From an uncultured Chthonomonadaceae bacterium (GTDB taxonomy: Bacteria; Armatimonadota; Chthonomonadetes; Chthonomonadales; Chthonomonadaceae), in the NCBI GenBank assembly GCA_963817895.1, contig CAWFQB010000004.1, forward strand, positions 864,001 through 928,000: a stretch of DNA of 64,000 bases. Reading direction: 5' to 3'. The position numbers and the translations under genes were made by a program. This document shows, piece after piece, positions 45,587 through 56,539 of the stretch (within the stretch, counting starts at the first letter, position 1; every line of letters starts with the position of its first letter). A model generated the notes under the pieces. That model was given only the letters and a program-made list of their open reading frames with translations, had not been told where the DNA came from and searched no databases.

Positions 45587-46879
45587 ATGACCCTGAACAT
45601 ACAGCAAAACGGAATAGTGTTTCGGCAGGAGGACGGGAATGTGACCATTCATCGTCCCGGCAAGAGCGGCAACGGCGGCGTGGAAATCGAGGTTGGCGAG
45701 GAGCTTGCTGAAGCATGGCGGCTGGCGACGGGCGATGTTGTGGAGGGCGTGACGGAAGCCTTTGACAATGTGCAGGCCGTTTCGGAGGCCAGCCCGGAGT
45801 GGTACGAACAGTACGATTTTCAGGATGAGGAGCAGCGCGACGAACCCAACTATGCGCGGGGCGGTTCGGTTCCCGCATGGCTCATAGAACACGTCCTGCC
45901 AAGCGAGCGGCTTGTATCCATTATCCGCGTCAACGGCCTTGAACAGGAGGACGCCGACGAACGCCCGTTTCCGCGCAAGCGTAACAACGCCGAGCGGAGT
46001 TCGCCGGAGCGTCGTCTTTCCCTCGCGGTTCGTTCCTCCGATACGACGGGCAGGATGCTGGATTTTGCCGCCACACTGGGCGCGGGCTGTGTCGGCATCA
46101 TACATGGCCCTCATGCCAGTGGCCTGACTCGCACTCTGGAATCTGTTGTTGCGGGCGTAAGCGTGAACGCCCCGGATGTAGTTGTCCTCGTGCTGCTGTT
46201 GCGGGCGCGAGGCGAAGAGATGACGGAGTGGCGGCGCAAGTTTCCCAACGCCGATGTCGTGGTGTGTTCCTCGTCCTCATCTCCATCCGTAAGCGCGGCA
46301 GAGCGGACGGTGCGGCTGGCCGATATGACGCTGGCCTGTGCGCAGCGGCAAACGGAATTGGGGCGGCACGTCCTGTTGGCGGTTGACTCGCTCACGGGCT
46401 TGTGGGGCGCGATGCTGGAAGCGGAACACGCGGATACGCAGCGCGAAGCGGACCTGTCGAATGCCCGCTACCGAATGCGCGAATGGGTACAGAAGGCGGG
46501 CAATTTCGGCGGGCCGGGGCTGCTCGGCTCGGCTTTGGGCGGCTCGCTGACGCTGGCAGGAACGATGTGGCAGCAGCCCGTAGACGCGGAAGCGGAAGAG
46601 GAACGCGACATTCACCCGCATTTGCGCCTGATGGAGCATCTCCTGCACGAAACCAACTGGCGCGTTCCGCTGTCCCCGGTATTGATGCGCGAACGGCTGT
46701 TTCCCGCCATTGACACGGCGCGTTGCCTGTCACAACCGGAAGAAAAACTGCTGCCGCCCGACGAATACGAGAAACTGCTGGCGGCGCGGGCAAAACTTGT
46801 TCGACTGGACTTGCTTGCTCGCCATAATGCGCTTCTGGATACGCTCGAACTCGACCCAGGACAACAGCCAACTGGTTGA
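45587..46879 (+). CDS. Divergent paralogue of transcription termination factor Rho, predicted inactive
   Basis: Colinear with Rho: L.TGD.V.G, R.LD..A.LG.G, ELG..V.L..DS.T, GSLT..GT, R.FPAID; catalytic residues are replaced. Confidence 0.8.
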   Translation: MTLNIQQNGIVFRQEDGNVTIHRPGKSGNGGVEIEVGEELAEAWRLATGDVVEGVTEAFDNVQAVSEASPEWYEQYDFQDEEQRDEPNYARGGSVPAWLIEHVLPSERLVSIIRVNGLEQEDADERPFPRKRNNAERSSPERRLSLAVRSSDTTGRMLDFAATLGAGCVGIIHGPHASGLTRTLESVVAGVSVNAPDVVVLVLLLRARGEEMTEWRRKFPNADVVVCSSSSSPSVSAAERTVRLADMTLACAQRQTELGRHVLLAVDSLTGLWGAMLEAEHADTQREADLSNARYRMREWVQKAGNFGGPGLLGSALGGSLTLAGTMWQQPVDAEAEEERDIHPHLRLMEHLLHETNWRVPLSPVLMRERLFPAIDTARCLSQPEEKLLPPDEYEKLLAARAKLVRLDLLARHNALLDTLELDPGQQPTG

Positions 46880-46902
46880 TGTCTTATAGAGGGAGAGGAC
46901 AC

Positions 46903-47292
46903 ATGCGTAACCTGTCTGTCTGGTGGTCAACACGAAAACCCCGGCATTTATCAACGCCTGCGGCTCTCTTAATTCTATTCGTCTGTGTGCCTGTAGTGTT
47001 CTATCCGATTGTAGCGCTTCAAAGTTACTTGTATGCGCGCGAACACACGCACAAATGGCACGAGGCAAGTTTGTTAAGCGCGGAAAAGCAATACTATACA
47101 GCGCATGGCGTTTTTGTATTTGGTACGGATGCGGAACTGCTTCCGCTCATGACAAGCAGCATGACGGAAAACCCCGGCATTTGTCCACGCGGCGGCCATC
47201 ATTCTGTGATAAAATATAGCACGGGTGAAATACGAGTTCGGTGCAGTTTGAAGGAGGGGCGAGGTTCCGTCCTGAAGCCGCCGGGCAAGTGA
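46903..47292 (+). CDS. Small pilin/pseudopilin-like membrane-anchored protein
   Basis: One TM helix, A..QY...HG.F, CP.GG.....CS disulfide-loop-like C-terminus. Confidence 0.55.
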   Translation: MRNLSVWWSTRKPRHLSTPAALLILFVCVPVVFYPIVALQSYLYAREHTHKWHEASLLSAEKQYYTAHGVFVFGTDAELLPLMTSSMTENPGICPRGGHHSVIKYSTGEIRVRCSLKEGRGSVLKPPGK

Positions 47293-47333
47293 TTTTCCGA
47301 AAGCAAACGGATTGGAGTAGTAATACAGGATTC

Positions 47334-47735
47334 ATGGCAGCAAGAAAGAAGTATGGACGTATTCGCAATGCGCGGCAGAACGCCGCGCCGTTTCGCGCGC
47401 TGCTGTTGGTCGTGGCGCTGGGCGCGATTATGAGAATATCGCTTGCCGGCAGCGTCCATGACATGCAGCGAATGTCCTGCGATGGAATGCGCTACTATCT
47501 GGCGGGCGCGGAACAGACCTATCAGCGCAGGAACGGCCACTTTATTGTGGGGGGCGAGGACGCTTTGCAGGAACTGGTAAACGCCCACGCGATGCGGGCT
47601 TTGCCGCAGTGTAAAGCGGGCGGGCATTATGAGGCGGTTGCCAACGCCGACGGTTCCATCACCATCCATTGCAGCCTGCCCGAACACGACAAAGATCATG
47701 GCGTCACCCGTTCCGTCTGGCGTCACAGGCATTAG
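47334..47735 (+). CDS. Small pilin/pseudopilin-like protein (paralogue of the upstream gene)
   Basis: One TM helix, C......L..AEQ.Y...NG.F, P.C.AGG.Y.......CS..EH. Confidence 0.6.
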   Translation: MAARKKYGRIRNARQNAAPFRALLLVVALGAIMRISLAGSVHDMQRMSCDGMRYYLAGAEQTYQRRNGHFIVGGEDALQELVNAHAMRALPQCKAGGHYEAVANADGSITIHCSLPEHDKDHGVTRSVWRHRH

Positions 47736-47818
47736 AGGCATTGGGCATCAGGTATTAGTAAAGAAGACACAAGCCCGATACCGAACACCGAACACCGAAC
47801 ACCGAATACCAAACACCT
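47727..47818. repeat. Heptamer-repeat region (RGGYATY left arm, CCGAACA right arm)
   Basis: CCGATA-CCGAACA x3-CCGAATA-CCAAACA directly upstream of recN. Confidence 0.8.
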
Positions 47819-47826
47819 GAAACCTT

Positions 47827-49526
47827 ATGTTACGTACGCTTTCCGTCCGAAATTTTGCCATCATTGACCGGCTTGATCTGGAATTCAGCGCGGGCTTTAA
47901 CGTGCTGACCGGCGAAACCGGGGCGGGCAAATCCATTCTCATGGACGCGCTGAACCTGATTTTAGGGGCGCGGCGCCGGGGCTGAAATGGTGCGCGGCGG
48001 CGCGGACCGGGCTACGATTGACGCCGTGTTCGATGTGCCTCCCGATTCGCATTTGCTGGGTATCATCGAGCGCATGGGCTATGAACTGGAAGACGACCAG
48101 TTGTTTCTGGCGCGTGAAGTATCCGCAGCCGGAAAGTCTACGTGCCGTATTGCGGGACGCCCCGCAACGGTATCGCAGTTGAAAGAGTTGGGCGACTGGC
48201 TGGTAGACCTGCACGGACAGCACGAGCATCAATCCCTGCTGGCGGTAGCGCGGCATCTGGATATGCTGGACGATTGGGGCGGCAAGCCCATTGCCGGACT
48301 GCGCGGACAGGTGGCGGAAGCGTATCAGGCCGTACAGAAATTGCGGCGGGAAAAGGAAGAGTTGGAACGCGACGCGAGGGAACGCGCCCATCTGCTCGAC
48401 CTGTACCAGTTTCAGGTGAAAGAGATAACGGAGGCCAAACTCGCGCCGGGTGAAGATGAAGAACTGGCAACCGAATACAAGCGCGTCGCCAATGCGCAAA
48501 AACTGGCCGAGTTCGGCGGGGGCGGCGGCGGAAGCCCTGACGGGCGGCGACAAGGGCGGCGGAGTGCTGGAAGCGCTTTCCCTTGCCCTGCGAACGCTGG
48601 AAGAGGCCGCGAGTTTGGATGACGCGCTAACTCCTGCATTAGAAGTCGTCCGGTCCGCAACATACGAACTGACCGAAACCGAGCGCGATTTAATCCGCTA
48701 TCAGGATACCGTTGAGTTCAACCCGGAGCGGCTGGAACAGATCGAGGAACGTCTGGAACTGCTGCGCAACCTGAAGCGCAAATACGGCGACAGCATTGAA
48801 GAGATTGTACAGTACGGGAAAGATACCGCCGCGAAACTGGATACGCTGACCAATTCCGAGGAGCGCGGGGCGCAACTGGACGCGGAAATCAAGAAGGGCA
48901 GCAAGAGACTGCGCGAATTGTGCGCCCAACTCAGCGACCTGCGCTGCAAAGCCGCGTTGGAGTTCCAAACCATCACGCTGACGGAATTGCGCGATCTGGC
49001 AATGGAAAAAACACGCTTTGAAGTGCACATCGCGCAGGGCGAACCGACCGCGAAAGGCGCGGACAAGGTAGAGTTTCTGATCGCCACCAATCCCGGCGAA
49101 CCTCTGCGTTCCCTTGCTAAAGTGGCGTCGGGCGGCGAAATTTCCCGCGTGATGCTTGCCATCAAGTCGGCGCTTGCGCGACAGGAACCCCTTCCGACAA
49201 TGGTTTTTGATGAGATAGATGTGGGCGTGGGCGGGCGCACGGCAAGCAAAATCGCGGAAAAACTGGCAACTCTGGCCCAAAACGCGCAGGTATTGTGCAT
49301 CACCCACCTTGCGCAGCTTGCCAGTAAGGGACAGCGGCATCTGTACATTGAAAAGAACGTGACAGGCGACCGCACCAATGTCACCGTCGTTCCCCTAACT
49401 CCCGAACAGCGCGTCACGGAAGTAGCTCGCATGATCGGCGGCGAAGGCATCACGGACGCCGTACTCCAACACGCCCGCGAAATGCTCACCACGTCAGTAG
49501 AAAAAGCAAAGACTAGCCGCAAATAA
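47827..49526 (+). CDS. recN: DNA repair protein RecN (two frameshifts)
   Basis: [34 protein letters not shown]...L.K.ASGGE.SR, FDEID.GVGG, ITHL.Q.A. Confidence 0.95.
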
Positions 49527-49544
49527 ACGCGAATACACGCAAAT
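49514..49544. repeat. Dispersed 31-bp element of three 10-nt units (copy 3; contains the recN stop)
   Basis: TAGCCGCAAATAAACGCGAATACACGCAAAT. Confidence 0.7.
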
Positions 49545-49567
49545 AGGTCAAAAGGAAATCCGATTCC

Positions 49568-49852
49568 ATGCGCGGCGAATATAAAACTCCCGGCGGAAAA
49601 CTAGTGATTGTAGATTTTTCAGTCGCTCATGGCACGCTTAATAATGTGCAGGTGAGCGGCGATTTCTTTTTATATCCTGAAGATGCGCTGCCGCAAATTA
49701 CGGCCTCGTTGGAAGGCTTGCCAATGGATGCGGACAGGGACGCGATTGCCGAACGGATTACGAACGCGCTTGCGCCGGATGTGGTTATGTTGGGATTTTC
49801 GCCACACGCGATTGCATGTGCCGTAAGAAACGCATTGGAGGAGCAGCCATGA
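49568..49852 (+). CDS. Lipoate-protein ligase accessory (C-terminal/LplB-like) domain protein
   Basis: K.PGGKLV, V.VSGDFF..PE; ATGA overlap with the next gene. Confidence 0.85.
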   Translation: MRGEYKTPGGKLVIVDFSVAHGTLNNVQVSGDFFLYPEDALPQITASLEGLPMDADRDAIAERITNALAPDVVMLGFSPHAIACAVRNALEEQP

Positions 49853-50724
49853 GTAACGATGCGCTGAACGGTAACGCGCAAGGGGAAGGAATTCTGGCAG
49901 AGCCGGTATACGCGCCCGTACCCGCGCCCGGCGTGGTGGATGTTAGCCCCATGCTGGAACGCTGGAAAGGGGCCGGGTGGCAATTGCTGTCGGAAACGCC
50001 GCTTAGTCCCGCGATGAATGTGGCATTGGATGAGGTTTTGTTGGGACAGGTACAGCACGGCGAACGTTTGCCGACCCTGCGGTTTTGGGGTTGGGGCGGG
50101 CAGGCGGTCATTTTAGGCTCGTTTCAATCCGTCCGCAATGAGGTAGACGAACAGGCCGCGCGGGAAATGGACATTCAAATTGTGCGGCGGATGAGCGGCG
50201 GCGGGGCCATGTTGGTACAGCCCGGTTTAACCATCACCTACTCGCTTTACATTCCCGAAAGTCTGCTGCAAGGCGTTTCCATTGCCGATTCGTATGCGGT
50301 TTGCGATCAGTGGGCCGTACAGGCGTTTCTGAACGCGGGCATAAACGCATGGTACGCGCCCCTCAACGACATTACGAGCGCGGAGGGCAAAATCGGCGGC
50401 GCGGCGCAGGCGCGGCGTCCCGGCGCAATTTTGCACCACACGACGATTGCTTACGAAATGAATCCCGATGAGATGCTGCGGGTTCTGCGTATCGGACGCG
50501 CCAAACTCAGCGACAAGGGCATTGCAAGCGCGGCCAAGCGTGTCAGCCCTCTTCGCCGCCAAACCGGTCTGCCCCGCGAACAGCTTGTAGAGCGTCTTAT
50601 CAATGGTTTCCGCAACTCCTTTGGCCTGACCCAATCCGCCTTGACCGCTGAAGATATTCTCGCAGGGGAACAACTGGTGCAATCCAAATACGGCACGGAC
50701 GATTGGACGCATAGCCTGCCATAA
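49849..50724 (+). CDS. Lipoate-protein ligase catalytic subunit
   Basis: N.ALDE, VRR.SGGGA, NDI....KIGG.AQ. Confidence 0.9.
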   Translation: MSNDALNGNAQGEGILAEPVYAPVPAPGVVDVSPMLERWKGAGWQLLSETPLSPAMNVALDEVLLGQVQHGERLPTLRFWGWGGQAVILGSFQSVRNEVDEQAAREMDIQIVRRMSGGGAMLVQPGLTITYSLYIPESLLQGVSIADSYAVCDQWAVQAFLNAGINAWYAPLNDITSAEGKIGGAAQARRPGAILHHTTIAYEMNPDEMLRVLRIGRAKLSDKGIASAAKRVSPLRRQTGLPREQLVERLINGFRNSFGLTQSALTAEDILAGEQLVQSKYGTDDWTHSLP

Positions 50725-50734
50725 AGCTGAACAT

Positions 50735-52216
50735 TTATCTCATCAAAGCAAGCAGACGTTGATAAGCGGTTTCCCACTGTTCCGCGTTTGCCGTTGGGGT
50801 GTAGGTGTCCAACGTGAAGGAGTTGCGGACGATTTGCCGCGCTTGTTCCAGATCGCTCAACAGGCCGACGCCAATGGCCTGCATCAGCACATTGCCGACG
50901 GCGGTTGCCTCAACCGGGCCGGCGATCACGGTTCGGCGCGTGGCGTCGGCTGTGAGTTGACAGAGGAGTTTGTTCTGCGTCCCGCCGCCAACGATGTGAA
51001 TGGTGTCAATGGCGCGTCCGCGTACCTGTTCCAGTCCCTCAATCACATACCGATACTTCAGCGCAAGGCTTTCCAGACAGCAGCGGATGATCGCGCCCTC
51101 GTCCTGCGGCGCGGTTTGCCCGGTTCGTTGGCAGAACTCTTGTATCTCCCTGACCATATCTTCGGGCGCGAGAAACGCGGGATCATCGGGGTCAATCAAC
51201 ACGCCGAAGCCCGGAGCCTGTTCCGCAAGCGTTGTCAGCCCCGCGTAACTGTGTTCGTGTCCGCCACGCGCTAACGACCGGCGGCACTCCTGCGCCAGCC
51301 ACAGCCCCATGACGTTTTTCAACACGCGAACCGTGTTACACGCGCCCCCCTCATTGGTGAAATTGAATTTTGCGGTTGTGTCGGAAATCAGCGGAACGGG
51401 CGATTCGATTCCAACCAGTGACCACGTTCCGCTGCTGATATAGGCGTAATCCGATGTGGACGCGGGAACGGCGACAACCGCGCTGCCAGTATCGTGTGTT
51501 GCCGGCGCGATCACTTGCAGGCCGATTGCGCCCACCTCTTCCCCAATGTCGCGCCGTAATCCGCCGAGAAGCGTTCCCGCAGGCGCGATGTCGGTGAAAA
51601 TAGCGCGGGGCAACCCGAACGTTTCTATCAGGTCATCCGCCCAGGCGTGATTGTTTGGATCGGCTAATTGCGTGGACGTGGCGTTACTCCATTCCGTGAC
51701 CTTTACGCCCGTCAGCCAGAAATTCAGCAGGTCGGGCATCATCAGCAGGGTATGAGCGTTTGCCAGCAGGGGCGAATTGGCCTGTTGCATGGACAGCAGT
51801 TGGTACAGCGTATTGAACTGTAAGAACTGAATGCCCGTGCGCTCGTAGATCGCGTTTCGCGGCACGGTTTGAAACGCCCGCTCCATCACGCCGTCATTGG
51901 CATGGTCTCGATAATGGCGCGGATTGCCTAAGAGAATGTCGTCCTTGCCAAGCAGCCCGAAATCTACTGCCCACGTATCAATGCCCATGCCCTTGAAATC
52001 GTTGCCGCAGGTTTGAACGGCCATGCCCATTCCCTGCTTGATTTCAGCAAACAATCGCAGCGCGTCCCAATACAGGGTGTCTAAAACTCGCGTTCCCCCG
52101 GTGGCAAAGCGATGCGCGTCCTGTAAACGCAGCTTCTCGCCATCGAAAAATCCCGTTACGGCCCGCCCGCTCTCCGCGCCCAGATCAAACGCCAGAAATT
52201 TCGCCTCCGCCGCCAT
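50735..52216 (-). CDS. rhaB: Rhamnulokinase (FGGY family)
   Basis: LAFDLGAESGR, GIDTW.VDF, TGIQF..FNT.YQL, HDT.SAV, SSGTWSL.G, NEGG, GPVEATA.GN. Confidence 0.88.
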   Translation of the reverse strand: MAAEAKFLAFDLGAESGRAVTGFFDGEKLRLQDAHRFATGGTRVLDTLYWDALRLFAEIKQGMGMAVQTCGNDFKGMGIDTWAVDFGLLGKDDILLGNPRHYRDHANDGVMERAFQTVPRNAIYERTGIQFLQFNTLYQLLSMQQANSPLLANAHTLLMMPDLLNFWLTGVKVTEWSNATSTQLADPNNHAWADDLIETFGLPRAIFTDIAPAGTLLGGLRRDIGEEVGAIGLQVIAPATHDTGSAVVAVPASTSDYAYISSGTWSLVGIESPVPLISDTTAKFNFTNEGGACNTVRVLKNVMGLWLAQECRRSLARGGHEHSYAGLTTLAEQAPGFGVLIDPDDPAFLAPEDMVREIQEFCQRTGQTAPQDEGAIIRCCLESLALKYRYVIEGLEQVRGRAIDTIHIVGGGTQNKLLCQLTADATRRTVIAGPVEATAVGNVLMQAIGVGLLSDLEQARQIVRNSFTLDTYTPTANAEQWETAYQRLLALMR

Positions 52217-52231
52217 TGTCGCCTCCAGAAA

Positions 52232-52274
52232 AAGGATGAAGGATGAAGGATAAATCATCCTCCTTTGTATCCTT
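52232..52274. repeat. Short (AAGGATG)n heptamer array with a degenerate complementary arm
   Basis: AAGGATG AAGGATG AAGGATA followed by TCATCC...TATCCTT. Confidence 0.6.
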
Positions 52275-52423
52275 ACAGTTCGCGGTAAACGAAAGAAATC
52301 CTGCTTTTCTGCGGAAAGAATACGATGCAAGCAAGCGAACAGGAAATTTAGGGATGCAATTTTGTGTTGCTGTACGCTGTCAACAGAAGTGGGAAATTGC
52401 CTTGACAGGAGAAGGAGGAGAGA

Positions 52424-53554
52424 ATGACAGCAGAACCTTTAGACATACAAACAGAGAGACAAATGGAGATACAAGCCTATCTGCGCGGAAGCGGTATGCT
52501 GGAAGAACTGGCGCGCGATTTGGCAATTCGCCATACCCGGCATCCTGAGTACCTCAATCTGATACTGTTCAAGTACGACCAGATCAACAGCCCGATGGAC
52601 AACGCGCTCGTGCAGGAGTGTCGGGGTTTGATTCTGAATGAAACAGCAAACTGGCGCGTTGTCGCCCGCGCTTACAGCAAATTTTTCAACTATGGCGAAC
52701 CGAACGCGCCCGCGATAGAGTGGGCAACCGCCCGCGTTCAGGAGAAGGTAGACGGTACGCTATGCATCTTCTACCATTATAATAATCTGTGGCACGTCGC
52801 CACAACGGGAACGCCGGATGCTGGCGGCAGAGTGCATAACGGCGAACGCATTTTCCGCGACCTGATCTGGGAAACGGCGCGAAATTATCAACTGGAACTC
52901 CTTTCGTCCGCGCACTGCTATCTATTTGAACTGACAAGCCCCTACAACCGCGTTGTTGTGCCGCATGAGCAGTCGAGTCTCACATTGTTGGGGATACGGC
53001 AAACGGACAATGGTGACTGGATTGCATTGGAACAGGCGTCTCAATACGTGAGCGGTTCTGTTCCGGTTGTGCGGGAGTTCGCCTTTGATTCTCTGGCGGC
53101 TCTGTTTGCGTCTCTGGAAAACATCAATCCTCTGGAACAGGAGGGCTATGTGGTTGTGGATGGCGCAGACAATCGTATCAAAGTGAAACATCCACGCTAC
53201 GTTGCCCTGCATCTGCTCAAAGAATCGTTCAATGTCCGGGCTTACATTGAGGTATTGCGGGCAGGCGAAACGCCCGAATTGCTCACTTACTTTCCCGAAA
53301 TCGGCGCGGAATACGCCCCCATTCGCGCGGCTTACGAATCGCTGGCGGAAGAGATTGACAGCGATTATGCTCGCCTACAGCCTCTTTCCACTCAGAAAGA
53401 GTTCGCGCAATCCGCGCTTAAAACACGCTGTTCCGCCGCCCTGTTTGCAATCCGCGCGGGCGATTGCCGCGATGCGCGCGACTATCTGAGCCGCCGCGCT
53501 TCCGTTGTATCTGTCATGCGCCTGCTTGGATTGAAGGAGGAACCGCAGACTTAG
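52424..53554 (+). CDS. T4 Rnl1-family ATP-dependent RNA ligase
   Basis: ECRGLIL, KFFN..E, motif I EKVDGT, FEL.SP.N..VV, EGYVV, R.KVK...Y. Confidence 0.85.
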   Translation: MTAEPLDIQTERQMEIQAYLRGSGMLEELARDLAIRHTRHPEYLNLILFKYDQINSPMDNALVQECRGLILNETANWRVVARAYSKFFNYGEPNAPAIEWATARVQEKVDGTLCIFYHYNNLWHVATTGTPDAGGRVHNGERIFRDLIWETARNYQLELLSSAHCYLFELTSPYNRVVVPHEQSSLTLLGIRQTDNGDWIALEQASQYVSGSVPVVREFAFDSLAALFASLENINPLEQEGYVVVDGADNRIKVKHPRYVALHLLKESFNVRAYIEVLRAGETPELLTYFPEIGAEYAPIRAAYESLAEEIDSDYARLQPLSTQKEFAQSALKTRCSAALFAIRAGDCRDARDYLSRRASVVSVMRLLGLKEEPQT

Positions 53555-53611
53555 AAATGTGAGCAAGCGGATTCAAGAGAGCAAGCATACTCTCGGCATG
53601 GTATTTGCCCC

Positions 53612-53650
53612 TTGACGGAACGCCCCGAAAATTGTATACTCGTTTGCATG
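53612..53650 (+). promoter_or_regulatory. mutS promoter, leaderless-type
   Basis: TTGACG-17 nt-TATACT-7 nt-ATG; no SD sequence. Confidence 0.65.
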
Positions 53651-56494
53651 TCAGACACCATTTCAAACACCGATACGAACAACAATTCAATCGCAAACAG
53701 TGAAACCGTTGTGCCTGTGGAAAGCAACGGTTCCGAGTCTTCCGATACGGCTGCGCCCGTCGTCGCTGCCCCTGCTGTTAATGCCGCGCCGGGAGTGACG
53801 CCGCCCAAACGTCCGCCGCCCGTATCCGTTCCCAAAGATTATGAGGGCAGCACGCCGCTGATGAAGCAGTATTTCGCAACGTGTCAGGAGCATCCGGGCA
53901 TTATTCTGCTGATGCGCGTGGGGGACTTCTATGAGGCGTATGGCGACGCGGCGGAGATCATTGCGCGTGACCTGAACATTACCTTGACCGGGCGCGAGGA
54001 TGGGGGCGTTCGCGTTCCGATGGCGGGCGTTCCGCACCATGCGACAGAACGCTATGTTGCCCGCCTGATTCACAAGGGGCGGCGAATCGCCATCATGGAT
54101 CAGGTGGAAGACCCCAAATACGCCAAAGGATTGGTGAAGCGCAAAGTGACCCGCGTCGTCACGCCCGGAACCATCCTCGAAGACAACATGCTCGACGCCA
54201 AAAGCAACAACTACCTTGTCGCTGCGGTTGTCGGCGACCCGGTTGCGGGTATCGGCATTGTGGACGTTTCGACGGGCGAGTTCCTGACAACCGAAATGAC
54301 GGGTGACAGGCGCGTGGAATCCCTGCTGGATGAGATCATGCGGCTGGAACCGGCGGAAATTCTCGTTTCGCCGGATGCAGACCCAAATCTTGTGGAGGAA
54401 ATCCGCGCCTCGTGTTCGGGAACGGTGACGGTAGTTGAAAAGGAGGAGGGCAGGGCAAGGCGAGACAGAGAAGACAGCCGGGGTATGCTGCTGCGGCATT
54501 TTCAAACCCAATCTCTGCGCGGGTTCGGCTGCGAAGAGTACACATCGGGGCTGGACGCCTGCGCCCTCGTCCTCCGCTATTTGCAGGATACGCAGGTGAA
54601 CGCCCTGCCGCATATTCGCAGTCTCAGCACCTACTCCGCCCGCGAGTTTATGATGCTGGACAGCCCGGCGCGGCGGCATCTGGAACTGACACAGGCGATG
54701 GGCGAGGGCGGCAGGCAGCGTACCCTCCTTGCCAGTCTGGATGAAACCTTAACGCCCATGGGCGGGCGATTGCTGCGCCGGTGGCTGGAAGAGCCGTTGC
54801 TGGACGTAGCCCATATCAATCGTCGTTTGGATGCCGTTGAGGAATTATCGCGGGACGTGATTCGCCGGGGCGATGTGCGAGATTTGTTGCGCGGCATGGG
54901 CGACATCGAACGGCTTGTCAGCCGTTGCGCGGCGGGCATGGCGAACGGGCGCGATTTGATCGCCCTGAAAAACGCCCTGCTGCGCCTGCCCGATCTGGCC
55001 GACTTGCTGGAAGGTATCCAATCGGAAAAACTAAATGAACTGGCGCATCGTCTTTCCTGCCCGCCGGATGTAGCGCAGCACATTGCTGATGCTATCACCG
55101 ATGATCCGCCTGCCGGACTGCGCGATGGCGGCCTGATACGACAGGGCTATAATGCGGTACTGGACAAAATACAAGAGGGAAGCGCAAACGCCAAAACGTT
55201 TATCGCAAATCTGGAAACCTCCGAGCGACAGCGAACGGGCATCAATAGCCTCAAAGTCGGTTACAATGCCGTATTCGGCTATTACATCGAAGTTACAAAA
55301 ACCCATCTGAGCAAAGTGCCGCCCAACTATACGCGCAAGCAGACTATTTCTACCGGCGAACGCTATATTACGGAAGAATTGATAAATCAGGCGAAAATCG
55401 TATCCGACGCAGCAGAACAGGCTGTTAGAACTGGAATACGAACTGTTTTTGGGCGTTCGGGAGCGGGTTGCCGAATCCGCTGTGGAAGTGCTTGCCGTTG
55501 CCCGCGCCGTTGCCGAGTTGGATGTGTTCGCCGGGTTTGCCGAAACCGCCGTTCGCCACCACTACGCGCGCCCGGTTGTGGACGATGAAGACCGGATCGA
55601 AATTTGCGGCGGGCGGCATCCCGTGATTGAGCGTATCGGCAGCATTTTGGGCATCGGCGGCGAGTACATTCCCAACGACTGCAAGCTGGACGCGGACTGC
55701 CGCATGGCGATCATCACCGGGCCGAACATGAGCGGCAAATCCTCGTATCTGCGCCAAACCGCCCTGATCGTGCTGCTGGCGCAAATCGGCTGTTTCGTGC
55801 CTGCCGATACCGCCACTATCGGCGTGGTAGACCGCATTTTTACCCGCGTGGGGGCGCACGACGAACTGGCGAGCGGGCAGTCTACGTTCATGGTGGAAAT
55901 GAACGAAACGGCCAGTATTCTCAACAACGCCACGCCACGCAGCCTGGTCGTATCTGGATGAAATCGGGCGGGGAACCAGCACATATGACGGCCTTTCCAT
56001 CGCGTGGGCGGTTGCGGAACACCTGACGCGCATCGGCTGCAAAACCCTGTTCGCCACGCACTACCACCATCTCAACGAACTGGCAAAGCATTTCCCGACC
56101 GTGCAAAACTACCGTGTTGCCGTTAAGGAGCAGGGCGACAGTATCATCTGGCTGCGCAAACTGGTTCCGGGCGGCACGGATCGGAGTTACGGCATACAGG
56201 TGGCGCGTATGGCGGGCGTCCCGCAGGAAGTGGTAGAACGCGCCAAAGAGGTGCTGAAAGGATTGGAGCGGGGCAGCGCGGGCGCAACCCGCGACATCAT
56301 CGGGCAAACGGATGAAAACGGAACCGGCGTCGCGCCCCGCAAGCAGAAAATACAAATGACGCTTATTCGAGGCCGAAAAACACCCCGTTCTGGAAGAACT
56401 GGAAACACTCGACGTAACTTCCCTGACGCCCGTAGAAGCCCTGATGAAACTCGACGAACTCAAACGCCGCCTCGTCCGCCAATCCAAAACATAG
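53648..56494 (+). CDS. mutS: DNA mismatch repair protein MutS (about three frameshifts)
   Basis: [53 protein letters not shown]. Confidence 0.95.
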
Positions 56495-56539
56495 TAGGGG
56501 AAACTTTAGTAACAAAACCACAGCGGAGGAAAAAGCGTT

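Noticed and set aside
49568..50724. Split lipoate ligase as an assembly artefact or novelty
   Set aside because: Both genes have proper starts and an ATGA overlap with the accessory domain first; bipartite LplA/LplB ligases are known.
52424..53554. Prophage marked by the T4-like RNA ligase
   Set aside because: Flanks are rhaB and mutS; no integrase, structural or replication genes are present.
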